Below are positions 20,470 to 30,610 of a stretch of 64,000 nucleotides of DNA, piece after piece. Numbering within the stretch: the stretch's first letter is position 1; each line of letters starts with the position of its first letter. The position numbers were made by a program, and so were the translations under genes. Under the pieces are notes generated by a model. That model was not told the DNA's origin, made no database searches, and worked only from the letters and a program-made list of their open reading frames with translations. The stretch is from an uncultured Phycisphaerales bacterium. GTDB lineage: Bacteria; Planctomycetota; Phycisphaerae; Sedimentisphaerales; Anaerobacaceae. The stretch lies in assembly GCA_963772725.1 (NCBI GenBank), contig CAVYYI010000002.1, positions 224,001-288,000 of the forward strand. The letters are read 5' to 3'.

Positions 20470-22035
20470 ATGACATATTTAACGGTACCGATAGCAGCGA
20501 AGGATTTAGAGCAGGCAGTCACGCAGATAAAGGCCGCGGCGGCTGGCAGGGCTGAGATGCTCGAACTGCGAACGGATTATCTCGAAAATCTAAGCACAGA
20601 ACTGGTGAGAAAATTAATCGTAGAGGCCAAGGGCATCTGCGGCTCGGTGCCTTTGATAGTAACCTGCCGTGACGTTCGCCAGGGCGGGGTAATAGATTAT
20701 CCGCTGACATTGCGAATCGACGTGTTGGCTGAGGCATTAAAGGCAGGCGCGGAATACGTGGATTTTGAATATGATAATTTTCTTGCGCCGACAAGCCGGG
20801 GAAAAATAAGAGTTGCCAAGTCGCAGAGTTTGAAAGGCAAACTGATACTCTCGGCGCACAATTTCAGCGGCAGGCTCCCAGATATGTCAAAGCTTTATCG
20901 TCATATCCAGACGCTGTACCCGGCGGCGATTCCAAAACTCGTGTACACAGCAAACCACATTAACGACTGTTTCGATGCGTTCGATTTGCTGCACAAAACA
21001 AGCGGGGAGCGAATAATTTTCTGTATGGGCCAGGCCGGCCTTATAAGCAGAATCATCGCGAAAAAATTAGGCAGCTTCGTTACTTTCGCTTCGCTCGATG
21101 ACGACACCGCGACCGCGCCGGGGCAACTTACCATTGGCCAATTTAAGAATCTTTACCGCTATAATGACATAAAACCCGATACCGAGCTTTATGGGGTAAT
21201 CGGCTCGCCAATTGCCCATTCGCTGAGTCCGGCGATTCACAACGCCTGTTTCGTCGATGCGGGGATGAATAAGCTGTATCTGCCGCTGCTGGTCGAAGGA
21301 GGCAAAGAGGAATTCGAGCAGTTTATGAAAAACGCGGTCAACCGGCCGTGGCTGAATTTCCACGGTTTGAGCATAACGATTCCGCACAAGGCGAACGTTT
21401 TGGATTACACGCGGAAAATGTACGGCTTTATCGAGCCTTTGGCAGACCGAATTGGGGCAGCAAATACCCTTTTGCTCAGCAGGAACGGGAAGTTCAAAGC
21501 CTATAACACCGATTACAGCGGCGCACTGGACGCGATTACCTCGGCGATGAAAATCAATCGCGCTGACCTTAAAGAAATATCCGTCGCGGTCATAGGTGCC
21601 GGCGGTGTCGCAAGAGCCATAGTGGCGGGCCTGAGCGATGCCGGCGCCAAAATCAAAATTTACAATCGCACAATTGAAAAGGCGCAGTCGCTTGCCGCTG
21701 AATTTCACTGCGAAGCCGGGCCGCTCGAAGACTTGCAAAATATGGACGCCAAACTGCTCGTGAACTGCACAAGTATCGGGATGCACCCGGAAGTTGAAAA
21801 GAGCCCCATTGCGAAAGAGTACATAAAAAAAGGGATGGTTGTTTTTGATACGGTTTATAATCCCGCTGAGACACTGCTATTGAAACAGGCCAAAGAAGCC
21901 CACGCCAAAACAATCGACGGACTGTCGATGTTCGTCAACCAGGCCGCCGAACAGTTCAAACTTTTTACCGGCAGAGACGCCAATACAAAACTTATGCGAA
22001 AAACAGTTGCTAATTGCCTCACTATGGCAATATAA
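20470..22035 (+). CDS. aroDE: Bifunctional type I 3-dehydroquinate dehydratase / shikimate dehydrogenase (AroD-AroE)
   Basis: ELRTD, SAHNF and APGQL in the AroD part. HSLSPAIHN, TIPHK, NTDYSG, GAGGVA and DTVYNP in the AroE part. Confidence 0.92.
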   Translation: MTYLTVPIAAKDLEQAVTQIKAAAAGRAEMLELRTDYLENLSTELVRKLIVEAKGICGSVPLIVTCRDVRQGGVIDYPLTLRIDVLAEALKAGAEYVDFEYDNFLAPTSRGKIRVAKSQSLKGKLILSAHNFSGRLPDMSKLYRHIQTLYPAAIPKLVYTANHINDCFDAFDLLHKTSGERIIFCMGQAGLISRIIAKKLGSFVTFASLDDDTATAPGQLTIGQFKNLYRYNDIKPDTELYGVIGSPIAHSLSPAIHNACFVDAGMNKLYLPLLVEGGKEEFEQFMKNAVNRPWLNFHGLSITIPHKANVLDYTRKMYGFIEPLADRIGAANTLLLSRNGKFKAYNTDYSGALDAITSAMKINRADLKEISVAVIGAGGVARAIVAGLSDAGAKIKIYNRTIEKAQSLAAEFHCEAGPLEDLQNMDAKLLVNCTSIGMHPEVEKSPIAKEYIKKGMVVFDTVYNPAETLLLKQAKEAHAKTIDGLSMFVNQAAEQFKLFTGRDANTKLMRKTVANCLTMAI

Positions 22036-22047
22036 TTAACCATTGAT

Positions 22048-22824
22048 ATGTCTTTAGGCCAGATAATACGAAAAAAACGCGAAGCACTGCATCTGACTCT
22101 CGATGAGGTCAGTGAGGTTGTGGGCTTTTCCAAGCCCTACCTGTCAACTATTGAAACGGACAAGGTAAAGAATCCTCCGAGGGATGAACTGCTGATAAAA
22201 CTCGAAAAGGCCCTGCAGTTCGAGCCGGGACTTTTGCTGCACATCGCTCACTTGGAAAGGCTTCCTTCGGATATCAGGCAGAAATACGAATCTGTTGAGG
22301 CCGAGAACCAGAAGTGGCGGCAGTTTATTAAGAACCTTGTTGATACAAAAGATGAGTCCGGGCAGATTGACAGCCTTCTGGCTAAAAGCGATTTGAATAT
22401 CGGGCCGAAAGAGTCAGTTTTGTCGCCCGGCAGTTTGGTGCCGGTAATAAACAAGGTTTCCGCGGGTTATCCGACCGATTTCGACGACCTTGATTACCCG
22501 GTGGGTGTGGCCGATGATTATGTTCGCTGCCCGGATTTGCACGACCCTCATGCTTTCGCGGTACGCGTCGTGGGGGATTCGATGGAGCCGAAATTCATCG
22601 AGGGCAATATTGTGGTTTTTTCTCCGGCAGCGGAAGTTCATAACGGCGACGATTGTTTCATCAGGTTTACCGCACCTCACGAAACAACATTCAAGCGGGT
22701 ATTTTTTGAGCCGAACAGCACCGTCCGGCTTCAGCCTCGCAACGAAAAATATCCACCGATAATTACCGATGGAAAACGCATTAACGGCCTGTATAAGGCG
22801 GTAATAAAATACGAAAAGTTGTAA
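22048..22824 (+). CDS. XRE-family HTH regulator with LexA/S24 peptidase domain
   Basis: N-terminal HTH, AG cleavage-type site (VSAGYP), VVGDSMEP catalytic Ser, TFKR catalytic Lys. Confidence 0.88.
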   Translation: MSLGQIIRKKREALHLTLDEVSEVVGFSKPYLSTIETDKVKNPPRDELLIKLEKALQFEPGLLLHIAHLERLPSDIRQKYESVEAENQKWRQFIKNLVDTKDESGQIDSLLAKSDLNIGPKESVLSPGSLVPVINKVSAGYPTDFDDLDYPVGVADDYVRCPDLHDPHAFAVRVVGDSMEPKFIEGNIVVFSPAAEVHNGDDCFIRFTAPHETTFKRVFFEPNSTVRLQPRNEKYPPIITDGKRINGLYKAVIKYEKL

Positions 22825-22859
22825 TGACCTTTTAAAAAAGACTTGTGGAGGATAAAATC

Positions 22860-23336
22860 ATGACAAAGGGCATTGTGGTTTATTATTCCCGGAGCGGAAA
22901 CACCAGGCAAATGGCGGAATTGATTTCGCAGTCAATGAATGAAACAGGCCTGCCGACAGAATGCAAATCAGTCGAAGATGTAAAAGCGGCGGATTTGCTT
23001 AACTACGAGGCCATCGTTACAGGCTCGCCGACTTATTACGGCCAGATGGCGGCACCTTTGAAGCAGTTGTTTGACGATTTAGTCAACAATCATGGCCGTC
23101 TCGACGGGAAAATAGGAGCGGCTTTTACCAGCGCCGCAAACATAGGCGGCGGAAACGAAACAACCATTATGGGAATTATAGAAGCTATGCTTATTTCCGG
23201 TATGGTTGTCCAGGGTGACCCGATGGGCGACCATTATGGACCTGTTTCAATCGGCAAGCCCGATGACAGGGTCAAAAAGCAATGCCGCCGCCGCGGAGCA
23301 AGAATTGCCGAACTTACAAAAAAGCTTTTCCCCTAA
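22860..23336 (+). CDS. Flavodoxin / WrbA-like NAD(P)H oxidoreductase
   Basis: YYSRSGNTRQMA FMN loop, GSPTYYG, GGGNETT. Confidence 0.88.
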   Translation: MTKGIVVYYSRSGNTRQMAELISQSMNETGLPTECKSVEDVKAADLLNYEAIVTGSPTYYGQMAAPLKQLFDDLVNNHGRLDGKIGAAFTSAANIGGGNETTIMGIIEAMLISGMVVQGDPMGDHYGPVSIGKPDDRVKKQCRRRGARIAELTKKLFP

Positions 23337-23475
23337 AAAACCGGCATATAAAAAAATGCGTTTTTTTCATAAAAACAGCATTTTTCTTTGACAAACGCGT
23401 GAGTTGAGGTTAACTTTTCAATAAGTGTGAACCAATGTAAAGCTTAGTAATAGATAATTTCTGGAGAATTATAAA

Positions 23476-23649
23476 ATGCAGCAGTATGAAACTCTTAAGA
23501 CGTTGGTAGCTGAAATCGAGGCTGATATTAACAAGGCCGAGGGCGGAAACAAGGCCGCGGGGACACGAGTTCGCAAACAGATGCAGGAAATCAAGAAGGC
23601 GGCACAGGTTGTCAGAAGCGCCATTCTTGAAATTCGCTCTGCTGAATAA
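23476..23649 (+). CDS. Histone H1-like protein, Hc1 family (57 aa, absent from the ORF track)
   Basis: MQQYETLKTLVAEIEADINKAEGGNKAAGTRVRKQMQEIKKAAQVVRSAILEIRSAE carries the GNKAAGTRxRK motif. GGAG RBS upstream. Confidence 0.85.
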   Translation: MQQYETLKTLVAEIEADINKAEGGNKAAGTRVRKQMQEIKKAAQVVRSAILEIRSAE

Positions 23650-23781
23650 GTAACCGCGACTACCGGTTAATCTTTATTTCTGTTGTTGATTTAACTTGAT
23701 TGCGGCACAATAGTCGCAGCTTGTGAAGAGTTGTTGTTTTATTGACCGTATAATTATAGAAATTTTTTATCAGGATAGAAG

Positions 23782-24258
23782 ATGCCCCCATCATTATTGT
23801 TTGATTTATCGCAAATAAACCTCGACGCTAAACCTGTTTTGGATAAGCAGACTATATGCAACGTAAATCCGCAAAGCTTTGAGATGCAGCAGCTTGACGG
23901 TGTTCTATGGTACGATAAGGCTAAATTCCTGATATTAGGCTATAAAGATGTAACCGAAAATGAGTTCTGGGTTCGGGGACATATTCCGGGAAGACCTTTA
24001 ATGCCTGGTGTAATAATGATTGAGTGCGCGGCACAGCTCCTCAGCTTTTTTGTAAGACATGTTTACGAAGTCAAAGGCTTCATCGGTTTTGCCAGCATAG
24101 ATTCAGCCAAATTCCGCTCAACTGTTAAGCCGGGACAAAGATTATATCTGTTGGGATACTTAAGTACCTTCAAAAGCAGGAAATATACCGCCTATATTCA
24201 GGGTGTCGCCGACGGGGTTATGGTCTTTGAAACAACCGTATCCGGCATGCAGGTATAA
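23782..24258 (+). CDS. FabA/FabZ-family beta-hydroxyacyl-ACP dehydratase
   Basis: WVRGHIPGRPLMPGVIMIE hot-dog fold motif. Confidence 0.85.
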   Translation: MPPSLLFDLSQINLDAKPVLDKQTICNVNPQSFEMQQLDGVLWYDKAKFLILGYKDVTENEFWVRGHIPGRPLMPGVIMIECAAQLLSFFVRHVYEVKGFIGFASIDSAKFRSTVKPGQRLYLLGYLSTFKSRKYTAYIQGVADGVMVFETTVSGMQV

Positions 24259-24281
24259 GCAGCTTCGGTTTTAACAACCGG

Positions 24282-25064
24282 TTATTCTTTCCTGCCGCCT
24301 GATGGAAGCGGCAAGCCGAGTTCGGCGACGACTTTTTTCATATCCTCCCAGACGCGTCTTCGATTTTCATCAGAATAATTTCTGAGAAGATACGCCGGAT
24401 GGTATGTCGCCATAAGTTTTATCGGTTTGCTTCCTATGCCGGTGTGGTATTCGTGAAAATATCCCCGCAGCCGCCCTATCGCCTCGTTGCTGTTGAGCAG
24501 TGTTCTGGCCGCGTGAGCGCCGAGTGCGACAATCATCTCAGGATTAATGGCCTCAATCTGTCGTTGCAGGTAAGGCATACAGCTTATTATCTCTTCCGGC
24601 TTGGGGTCGCGATTATCCGGCGGACGGCACTTCAGAACATTGCAGATATAAACATCCTTGCGTTTAAGCCCGACGGCTTTGAGTATGTTATCAAGAAGCT
24701 GCCCCGCCCTGCCGACAAAAGGCCTGCCCTGAGCATCTTCATCTGCCCCCGGGGCCTCGCCAACAAAAACTATCCGGGCATTAGGATTACCCTCTCCCGG
24801 CACAGCGTTCTTTCTCGTCCCACCAAGAGTACATTTGCAGCATCTTCTTACTTCCGCGGCTATTTTTTCAAGTTCCGCCGCCGCGTCGATATTCCTCTGT
24901 CCGCCCTGCTGCTGAAGTTCTACATTTTCTTCTATGTCCGCCTGTCCGTTTTGGGGTTCAGTCAAATTCCTCGCGGGTTTTTTTACTGAAAAACCGCCCG
25001 TAAAAAAAGTGTCCATCTCCAAATGCTGCCTAACAGCCTTTTCAATATTTATTTCTTTCTTCAT
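24282..25064 (-). CDS. Uracil-DNA glycosylase family 4 (Fe-S)
   Basis: CCKC, VGEAPG, GRPFVGRAG, NVLKCRPP, TYHPAYLLR. Confidence 0.92.
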   Translation of the reverse strand: MKKEINIEKAVRQHLEMDTFFTGGFSVKKPARNLTEPQNGQADIEENVELQQQGGQRNIDAAAELEKIAAEVRRCCKCTLGGTRKNAVPGEGNPNARIVFVGEAPGADEDAQGRPFVGRAGQLLDNILKAVGLKRKDVYICNVLKCRPPDNRDPKPEEIISCMPYLQRQIEAINPEMIVALGAHAARTLLNSNEAIGRLRGYFHEYHTGIGSKPIKLMATYHPAYLLRNYSDENRRRVWEDMKKVVAELGLPLPSGGRKE

Positions 25065-25198
25065 AGGCGCAATTTTACTTACATAAAGGCGCACACACAA
25101 CAAAAAACATCTTCGCCACAACATGAAGTGAAAAAGGCGAGGTGAATCTCACCATGCAAAACTTGTGTCTTGTGGTTGCCCGTTAATCCGAACGTGAC

Positions 25199-25236
25199 TG
25201 TCATTGCGAGGATCGCAACGACAAAGCAATCTCATA
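25199..25236 (+). repeat. Half copy of the REP-like TGTCATTGCGAG...AAGCAATCTCATA element
   Basis: Matches the left half of the palindrome inside the MITE at 40558-40590. Confidence 0.65.
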
Positions 25237-25362
25237 CATTACCTACATCCTGACCCCTAACCCCTCATCGCAAATCCAAAATCAGCACTTTTTCCTTGCC
25301 CTTTCCCCACAACTCTGTAAAATTCAATCAAATTTGAAAATTGAATAAGTACTGATTTTTGG

Positions 25363-25498
25363 CGTTCCAATCGAAATCGCGAAAATTCGAAATGGAAGAA
25401 CGCACACAGAGTCAGTGCCCCGTATGGGGCACTGCTTGCGTGTCTTCCATAGGCTTTCGCGAGCCTCGATTGGGCACGATGTAGCGGTGCCCTTTTTT
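25363..25498 (+). promoter_or_regulatory. Structured leader of hsdR: long nested hairpin with overlapping intrinsic terminator (putative attenuator)
   Basis: Five nested stems in 25367-25473. Terminator GGGCAC / GTGCCC plus T6 at 25472-25498. Confidence 0.65.
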
Positions 25499-25525
25499 AT
25501 TGCGCCGCTGCTAAAGGGGCAATAA

Positions 25526-28102
25526 ATGACAAAGGAAGCTAAGGCCAGAATCAAGATAAATAAACTTCTCGAAGAAGCTGGCTGGAGATTTGAAACGGAC
25601 AAGATAGGTCCTGCCAATATTCGGCTTGAGGCTGGCGTAAAATTTTCTGAATTAGGTGATGATTTTGAGAATGCAGAAACGCTTGATAAACGCCGTGGTG
25701 CGATCGATTTTCTGTTGCTTGATAAAGACGGAAGGTCACTTGTGGTTGTCGAAGCGAAGAAAGAGTCCATCGAGCCTCTGTCTGCCAAAGAGCAAGCCAA
25801 AAATTACGCACGCAATGTAAACGCTCGATTCATTATTCTTTCAAATGGGAATATCCATTATTTTTGGGATACTAAACACGGAAATCCTGAAACTATTTCA
25901 CGTTTTCCTACGCAAGATTCCATTACTCAGTATAAGTCCTATACACCGAATCCCAAAGAACTTGTGGACACTCCGGTAGATGAAAATTATATTATGGAAT
26001 CACAAATGCCGGGCTTCGCTCGAGATCCAGCTTTTCAAGATGAAGCTCATCGCCTCGCATTTCTTCGAAATAACAATCTAAAACAAATGCGCCCATATCA
26101 AGTGCAGGCAATCAAGAGTTTACAGGCAGCCGCTCGAGAGAGTAAAGCCCGTTTTCTTTTTGAAATGGCAACGGGAACAGGAAAAACGCTCATTTCCGCC
26201 GCTGTTATTAAACTTTTTCTTAAATCAGGCAACGCTCGACGAGTCTTATTTTTAGTTGATCGCCTTGAATTAGAAGTGCAGGCACATAAAGCATTCAGGG
26301 CTTATCTCGGACGAGATTTTACTACTATGATTTACAAGGACAACCGCGATTCATGGAGCAACGCTCAAATTGTTGTTTCAACCATTCAGACTTTTCTCGC
26401 TGGGGATCGTTATAAGAAAGAATTTTCTCCGACCGATTTTGAATTTATAGTCTCTGACGAAGCGCATCGGTCTATTGGTGGCAATAGCCGTGCGGTATTT
26501 GAGTATTTTGTTGGCTATAAACTTGGGCTTACCGCTACGCCAAAAGACTATCTAAAAGGTTTTGATTCAGAAGACTCGGATACTCAACGCGAGTTTGAAC
26601 GTCGGCAGCTTCTTGATACATATAAAACATTTGGTTGCGCTTCTGGAGAACCGACATTTCGATTTTCATTATTGGATGGTGTCCCTAAATATCTGGTTAA
26701 TCCTGTTATCGTGGATGCACGAACTGAAATTACGACACAGCTTCTCTCGGATGATGGCTATGCCATGCATACTACCACTGAAGAAGGAGAATCATTTGAG
26801 GAAATTTTAAACGAACGCCACTATGAGCGGAAGTTTTTTAACGAAGAAACAAATATTGCCATGTGCAAGGCATTTATGGATAACGGATTGTTTGACCCGA
26901 TCGCTAAAATGTATGGCGTAGAGCTTTTTGGGAAATCTCTTGTCTTTTGCGTATCACAAAAGCATGCTGCGCGAGTTACAAATATTTTGAATAAATTAGC
27001 TTTTGAGAAATGGCCAGCCCAATACGGTAAATCTGATTTTGCCATGCAGGTTACATCATTAGTACAGGGCGCACAACAAATGACGATTAATTTTGCCAAT
27101 AATCTTCTTGGCGGCAAGGTAAAACGTCCGCAAGGATATGATTCCAGCAAAACGCGCGTTTGTGTGACAGTCGGCATGATGACGACCGGATATGATTGTC
27201 AGGATATATTAAATCTTGCCTTAATGCGCCCGGTCTTTAGCCCTTCCGAATTTGTGCAGATAAAAGGCCGAGGAACCAGAAAATATCTTTTTGAATATAT
27301 AGACTATTTGGCAAAAGAGACCCATACCGCGTCAAAAGAACGATTCAAATTTTTCGATTTCTTCGCAACCTGTGAATATTTCGAAAAAGAGTTCCGGTAT
27401 GATGAAAAAATCGCTCTGCCTCAGATAAAGAAAGTTTCTAAAGAAATCACAGATGAGACAGGGGCTGGTCAAAGCACGGAAACCGAATATGTAGATGAGG
27501 ATGGAAATAAAGTATTTAAGGGAATGATTGATTTGGCTTCTCCCGATGCGATTGAAACCATCTCAGAAACTCCTGTTGGCGCAGAATGTATGCGTATTGA
27601 CCGCGAAGGATTTAAAAACGCGGTGGCCGAAGATGTAGTCGGAAACTCTGAGCTTAAAAATCTCTGGGATAACGGCGATGTTGTCGGTGCGGAAGAATAC
27701 ACTAAGAAACATGTTTTTGAAAAACCGAAGTATTTCCTCAATCTTGAGAAGATCCGTAAGGTATTCCATATAGATCGCCGTATCTCCGTTAGGGAGTTTC
27801 TTTTAGTTGCGTTTGGCAAGAAGGACGGCTTTGAAATGAAAGATGAGCTTCTTGAATCAGAGTGGCTTAAGTTCCAGGCGGTTAACTCAGTCGATATAGC
27901 GCATTATGCGGCTGTCAAAAGTTTCTTTAAAGCTTATATTGTTGACGATGAAGTCCGAGAAATTGTAAAGAATAACACACCTGCGCAATTTAATTTCTGC
28001 CCATCTTACGGTTTTGATGAATACCAAAAATTAAATAGTTACAAAACAATCGTTCCGACATATATCAAAGACTATGTGTCCTTGAACACATTTATGACTT
28101 AA
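25526..28102 (+). CDS. hsdR: Type I restriction enzyme R subunit (EcoAI-like)
   Basis: IDFLL...VEAKK nuclease, MATGTGKT, DEAH, GLTATP, QIKGRGTR. Confidence 0.92.
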   Translation: MTKEAKARIKINKLLEEAGWRFETDKIGPANIRLEAGVKFSELGDDFENAETLDKRRGAIDFLLLDKDGRSLVVVEAKKESIEPLSAKEQAKNYARNVNARFIILSNGNIHYFWDTKHGNPETISRFPTQDSITQYKSYTPNPKELVDTPVDENYIMESQMPGFARDPAFQDEAHRLAFLRNNNLKQMRPYQVQAIKSLQAAARESKARFLFEMATGTGKTLISAAVIKLFLKSGNARRVLFLVDRLELEVQAHKAFRAYLGRDFTTMIYKDNRDSWSNAQIVVSTIQTFLAGDRYKKEFSPTDFEFIVSDEAHRSIGGNSRAVFEYFVGYKLGLTATPKDYLKGFDSEDSDTQREFERRQLLDTYKTFGCASGEPTFRFSLLDGVPKYLVNPVIVDARTEITTQLLSDDGYAMHTTTEEGESFEEILNERHYERKFFNEETNIAMCKAFMDNGLFDPIAKMYGVELFGKSLVFCVSQKHAARVTNILNKLAFEKWPAQYGKSDFAMQVTSLVQGAQQMTINFANNLLGGKVKRPQGYDSSKTRVCVTVGMMTTGYDCQDILNLALMRPVFSPSEFVQIKGRGTRKYLFEYIDYLAKETHTASKERFKFFDFFATCEYFEKEFRYDEKIALPQIKKVSKEITDETGAGQSTETEYVDEDGNKVFKGMIDLASPDAIETISETPVGAECMRIDREGFKNAVAEDVVGNSELKNLWDNGDVVGAEEYTKKHVFEKPKYFLNLEKIRKVFHIDRRISVREFLLVAFGKKDGFEMKDELLESEWLKFQAVNSVDIAHYAAVKSFFKAYIVDDEVREIVKNNTPAQFNFCPSYGFDEYQKLNSYKTIVPTYIKDYVSLNTFMT

Positions 28103-28112
28103 AAAGGAAAAT

Positions 28113-30608
28113 ATGCTAACTCCACAAGAAACCAGACGCCATATTGATGCCGCTCGGCAAGTGCTGGTGGGTGTTGTTCCGAACCCATCTTCTCAAATAG
28201 ACCAAATCACCAATGCTCTTATTTATAAGTTTATGGATGATATGGATCAGTCGGCTATTAAGGCTGGTGGCGATCCGTGTTTTTTTGTGAAGGATCTCGA
28301 ACGATATGCATGGACACGCCTTATGGATTCCCGCTTAGGCAATCAAGAGCGTATGAATCTCTATTCAGAAGCGCTTTTGAAATTTTCCGAAGCCAAACAG
28401 CTACCTGAACTCTTTTGCAGTATCTTTAGGTCCGCATTTTTGCCCTACCGCTCACCTGAAGTGCTCGGACTATTTTTAAAGGAAATAGACTATTTCGATT
28501 ACTCTCACTCTGAAGAACTGGGTAATGCCTATGAATATCTGCTTTCCATTATGGGCAGTCAAGGCGACGCCGGGCAGTTTCGCACACCGCGACATATCAT
28601 TGATTTTATTGTTGCGGCAGTAAATCCGACCAAGGACGATAAAGTGCTTGATCCCGCCTGCGGTACAGCAGGATTTTTAATAAGTGCTTACAAACATATT
28701 TTAAAACAGCACGACGGTAAGAATCCAGATGGCTCAAAAAATGAGGAAAAGCCGCTTACTCCAGATCAGAACCGCACGCTTATGAATAATTTTGAAGGTT
28801 ATGATGTTGATCCGGGAATGGTGCGCATTTCGCAGGTCAATATGTATCTTCATAATTTCAGGAACCCCAAAATATACAATTACAACACGCTTTCACAGGA
28901 TGAGCGTTGGGCTGATAAATTCGACGTTATCCTTGCCAATCCACCGTTTATGTCTCCTAAAGGTGGAGTAATGCCACATAATAAATTTAGTGTTAAATCC
29001 AGTCGGTCTGAAGTTCTTTTTGTTGATTACATTATGAATCACCTCCGTCCAAGAGGACGTGCAGGTATCATTGTTCCGGAGGGGATTATTTTCCAATCGG
29101 GTAAAGCGCATACACAACTTCGGGAAAATCTTATTGCTGATGGATTATATGCGGTAGCTTCATTGCCGCAAGGGATATTCAATCCGTATGCAGGAGTAAA
29201 AACAAGTATTTTATTTTTTGACAATGAGATTGCGAGGCGGTCTCGGAATATTTTGTTCGTAAAAATTCAGCATGATGGCACTGATTTAGGCACGCGAAAG
29301 AAAATAACTAAAAAGAACGATTTACCAGATGCCATTAAAGCAATAATCGCTTTTAGAAAATCAATTTTAGAAAACTCCGAATTTCAAAATACATCGATAG
29401 CTCATGCAGCTCTAAAGTCAGTAATTATTGAAAGTGGTGATTTTAATCTTTCGGGGGATCGTTATAAGATAAAGAGTATTGTTGAAACTGGCAATATTCC
29501 ACTAATCGAATTAGGTGAGATATTGGAAAGAAAAAGCCTTCGGGCCGGAGATTCTTATTCTCAATATGAAGTCTACACAATTTCATCCGCAAGAGGAGGT
29601 TTTGTTCCACAAAAGGAATATTATTCGAAGGATATAGCCTCAGATGATAGATCTAATTATAAAGTCGTGCAAAATAATTGGTTTGGTTATCGTCCACCCG
29701 GATTAGATATTGGCACAATCGGATTAAATATAACTGGTAAGGACCTAATAGTAAGTCCTCTTTATGAAATCTTTACATTGAAAGAAAGTATCAAATTATT
29801 GAGAGAATACTTATTTTTGCTTTTCAGAAGTGAAAATTTCAAAGATATTGTTAAGCCCTTAATGCAGGGAGCGGCTCGACCATTAGTTAATTGGGATACT
29901 TTTTGCCAAATTAAAATCCCCCTCCCTCCGCTTGAAATTCAAGACCAAATTGTGGCAGAGCTGGATGGCTACCAAAACATCATCTCTGGCTCTCGACAAG
30001 TGGTCGAAAACTGGAAGCTAAATATCGACATTGATCCTGAGTGGGAGAAAATAAAGTTGGGAGAAGTGTGCGAAGTAAAGTCTGGTGGAACCCCAAGCAC
30101 AAGTGTTCCAGAATACCATGAAAATGGAACAATACCTTGGTTGAAATCTGAGGTTTGTAAAGATGAAATTCTTAGAGAACCAAAAACATTCATAACAGAG
30201 ATAGGCGTAAATAATTCGTCTGCAAAATGGCTTGCCGAAAATACAACATTAATAGCTTTGGTTGGTGCTACGATCGGGAAAACTGCATTTTTAACATTCA
30301 AGGCCACCACAAACCAAAATATTGCTGGTTTATATCCCAAGAATATAGATCAACTTGATCCCTATTATTTATACCTTGCAAGTCAAACTCTTTATGATGC
30401 TTTTATGCGATTAGGCGATGGTGGTTTCAAAATGGCAAATCTATCTTTTATTAAAGAACTTGAAATCCCTTTGCCACCCCTTGAAATCCAAAAGCAAATC
30501 GTGGAGAAGATCGAAACTGAGCGTGTGTTGATTGAATCGGCTAAGAAATTAATCGAGATTTACGAGCAGAAAACAAAAGACGTTCTTTCTAAATTGTGGA
30601 CTGAATAA
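28113..30608 (+). CDS. Fused type I methyltransferase-specificity subunit (HsdM-HsdS)
   Basis: GQFRTP, DPACGTAGFL and NPPF, then two TRDs each ending in IPLPPLEIQ. Confidence 0.92.
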   Translation: MLTPQETRRHIDAARQVLVGVVPNPSSQIDQITNALIYKFMDDMDQSAIKAGGDPCFFVKDLERYAWTRLMDSRLGNQERMNLYSEALLKFSEAKQLPELFCSIFRSAFLPYRSPEVLGLFLKEIDYFDYSHSEELGNAYEYLLSIMGSQGDAGQFRTPRHIIDFIVAAVNPTKDDKVLDPACGTAGFLISAYKHILKQHDGKNPDGSKNEEKPLTPDQNRTLMNNFEGYDVDPGMVRISQVNMYLHNFRNPKIYNYNTLSQDERWADKFDVILANPPFMSPKGGVMPHNKFSVKSSRSEVLFVDYIMNHLRPRGRAGIIVPEGIIFQSGKAHTQLRENLIADGLYAVASLPQGIFNPYAGVKTSILFFDNEIARRSRNILFVKIQHDGTDLGTRKKITKKNDLPDAIKAIIAFRKSILENSEFQNTSIAHAALKSVIIESGDFNLSGDRYKIKSIVETGNIPLIELGEILERKSLRAGDSYSQYEVYTISSARGGFVPQKEYYSKDIASDDRSNYKVVQNNWFGYRPPGLDIGTIGLNITGKDLIVSPLYEIFTLKESIKLLREYLFLLFRSENFKDIVKPLMQGAARPLVNWDTFCQIKIPLPPLEIQDQIVAELDGYQNIISGSRQVVENWKLNIDIDPEWEKIKLGEVCEVKSGGTPSTSVPEYHENGTIPWLKSEVCKDEILREPKTFITEIGVNNSSAKWLAENTTLIALVGATIGKTAFLTFKATTNQNIAGLYPKNIDQLDPYYLYLASQTLYDAFMRLGDGGFKMANLSFIKELEIPLPPLEIQKQIVEKIETERVLIESAKKLIEIYEQKTKDVLSKLWTE

Positions 30609-30610
30609 GT

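Noticed and set aside
22048..22824. Prophage marked by the CI-like repressor
   Set aside because: No integrase, Cro, replication or structural phage genes nearby.
25324..25800. 158-aa minus-strand ORF across the hsdR start and leader
   Set aside because: Antisense to hsdR with no motif. The leader is better explained by its RNA structure.
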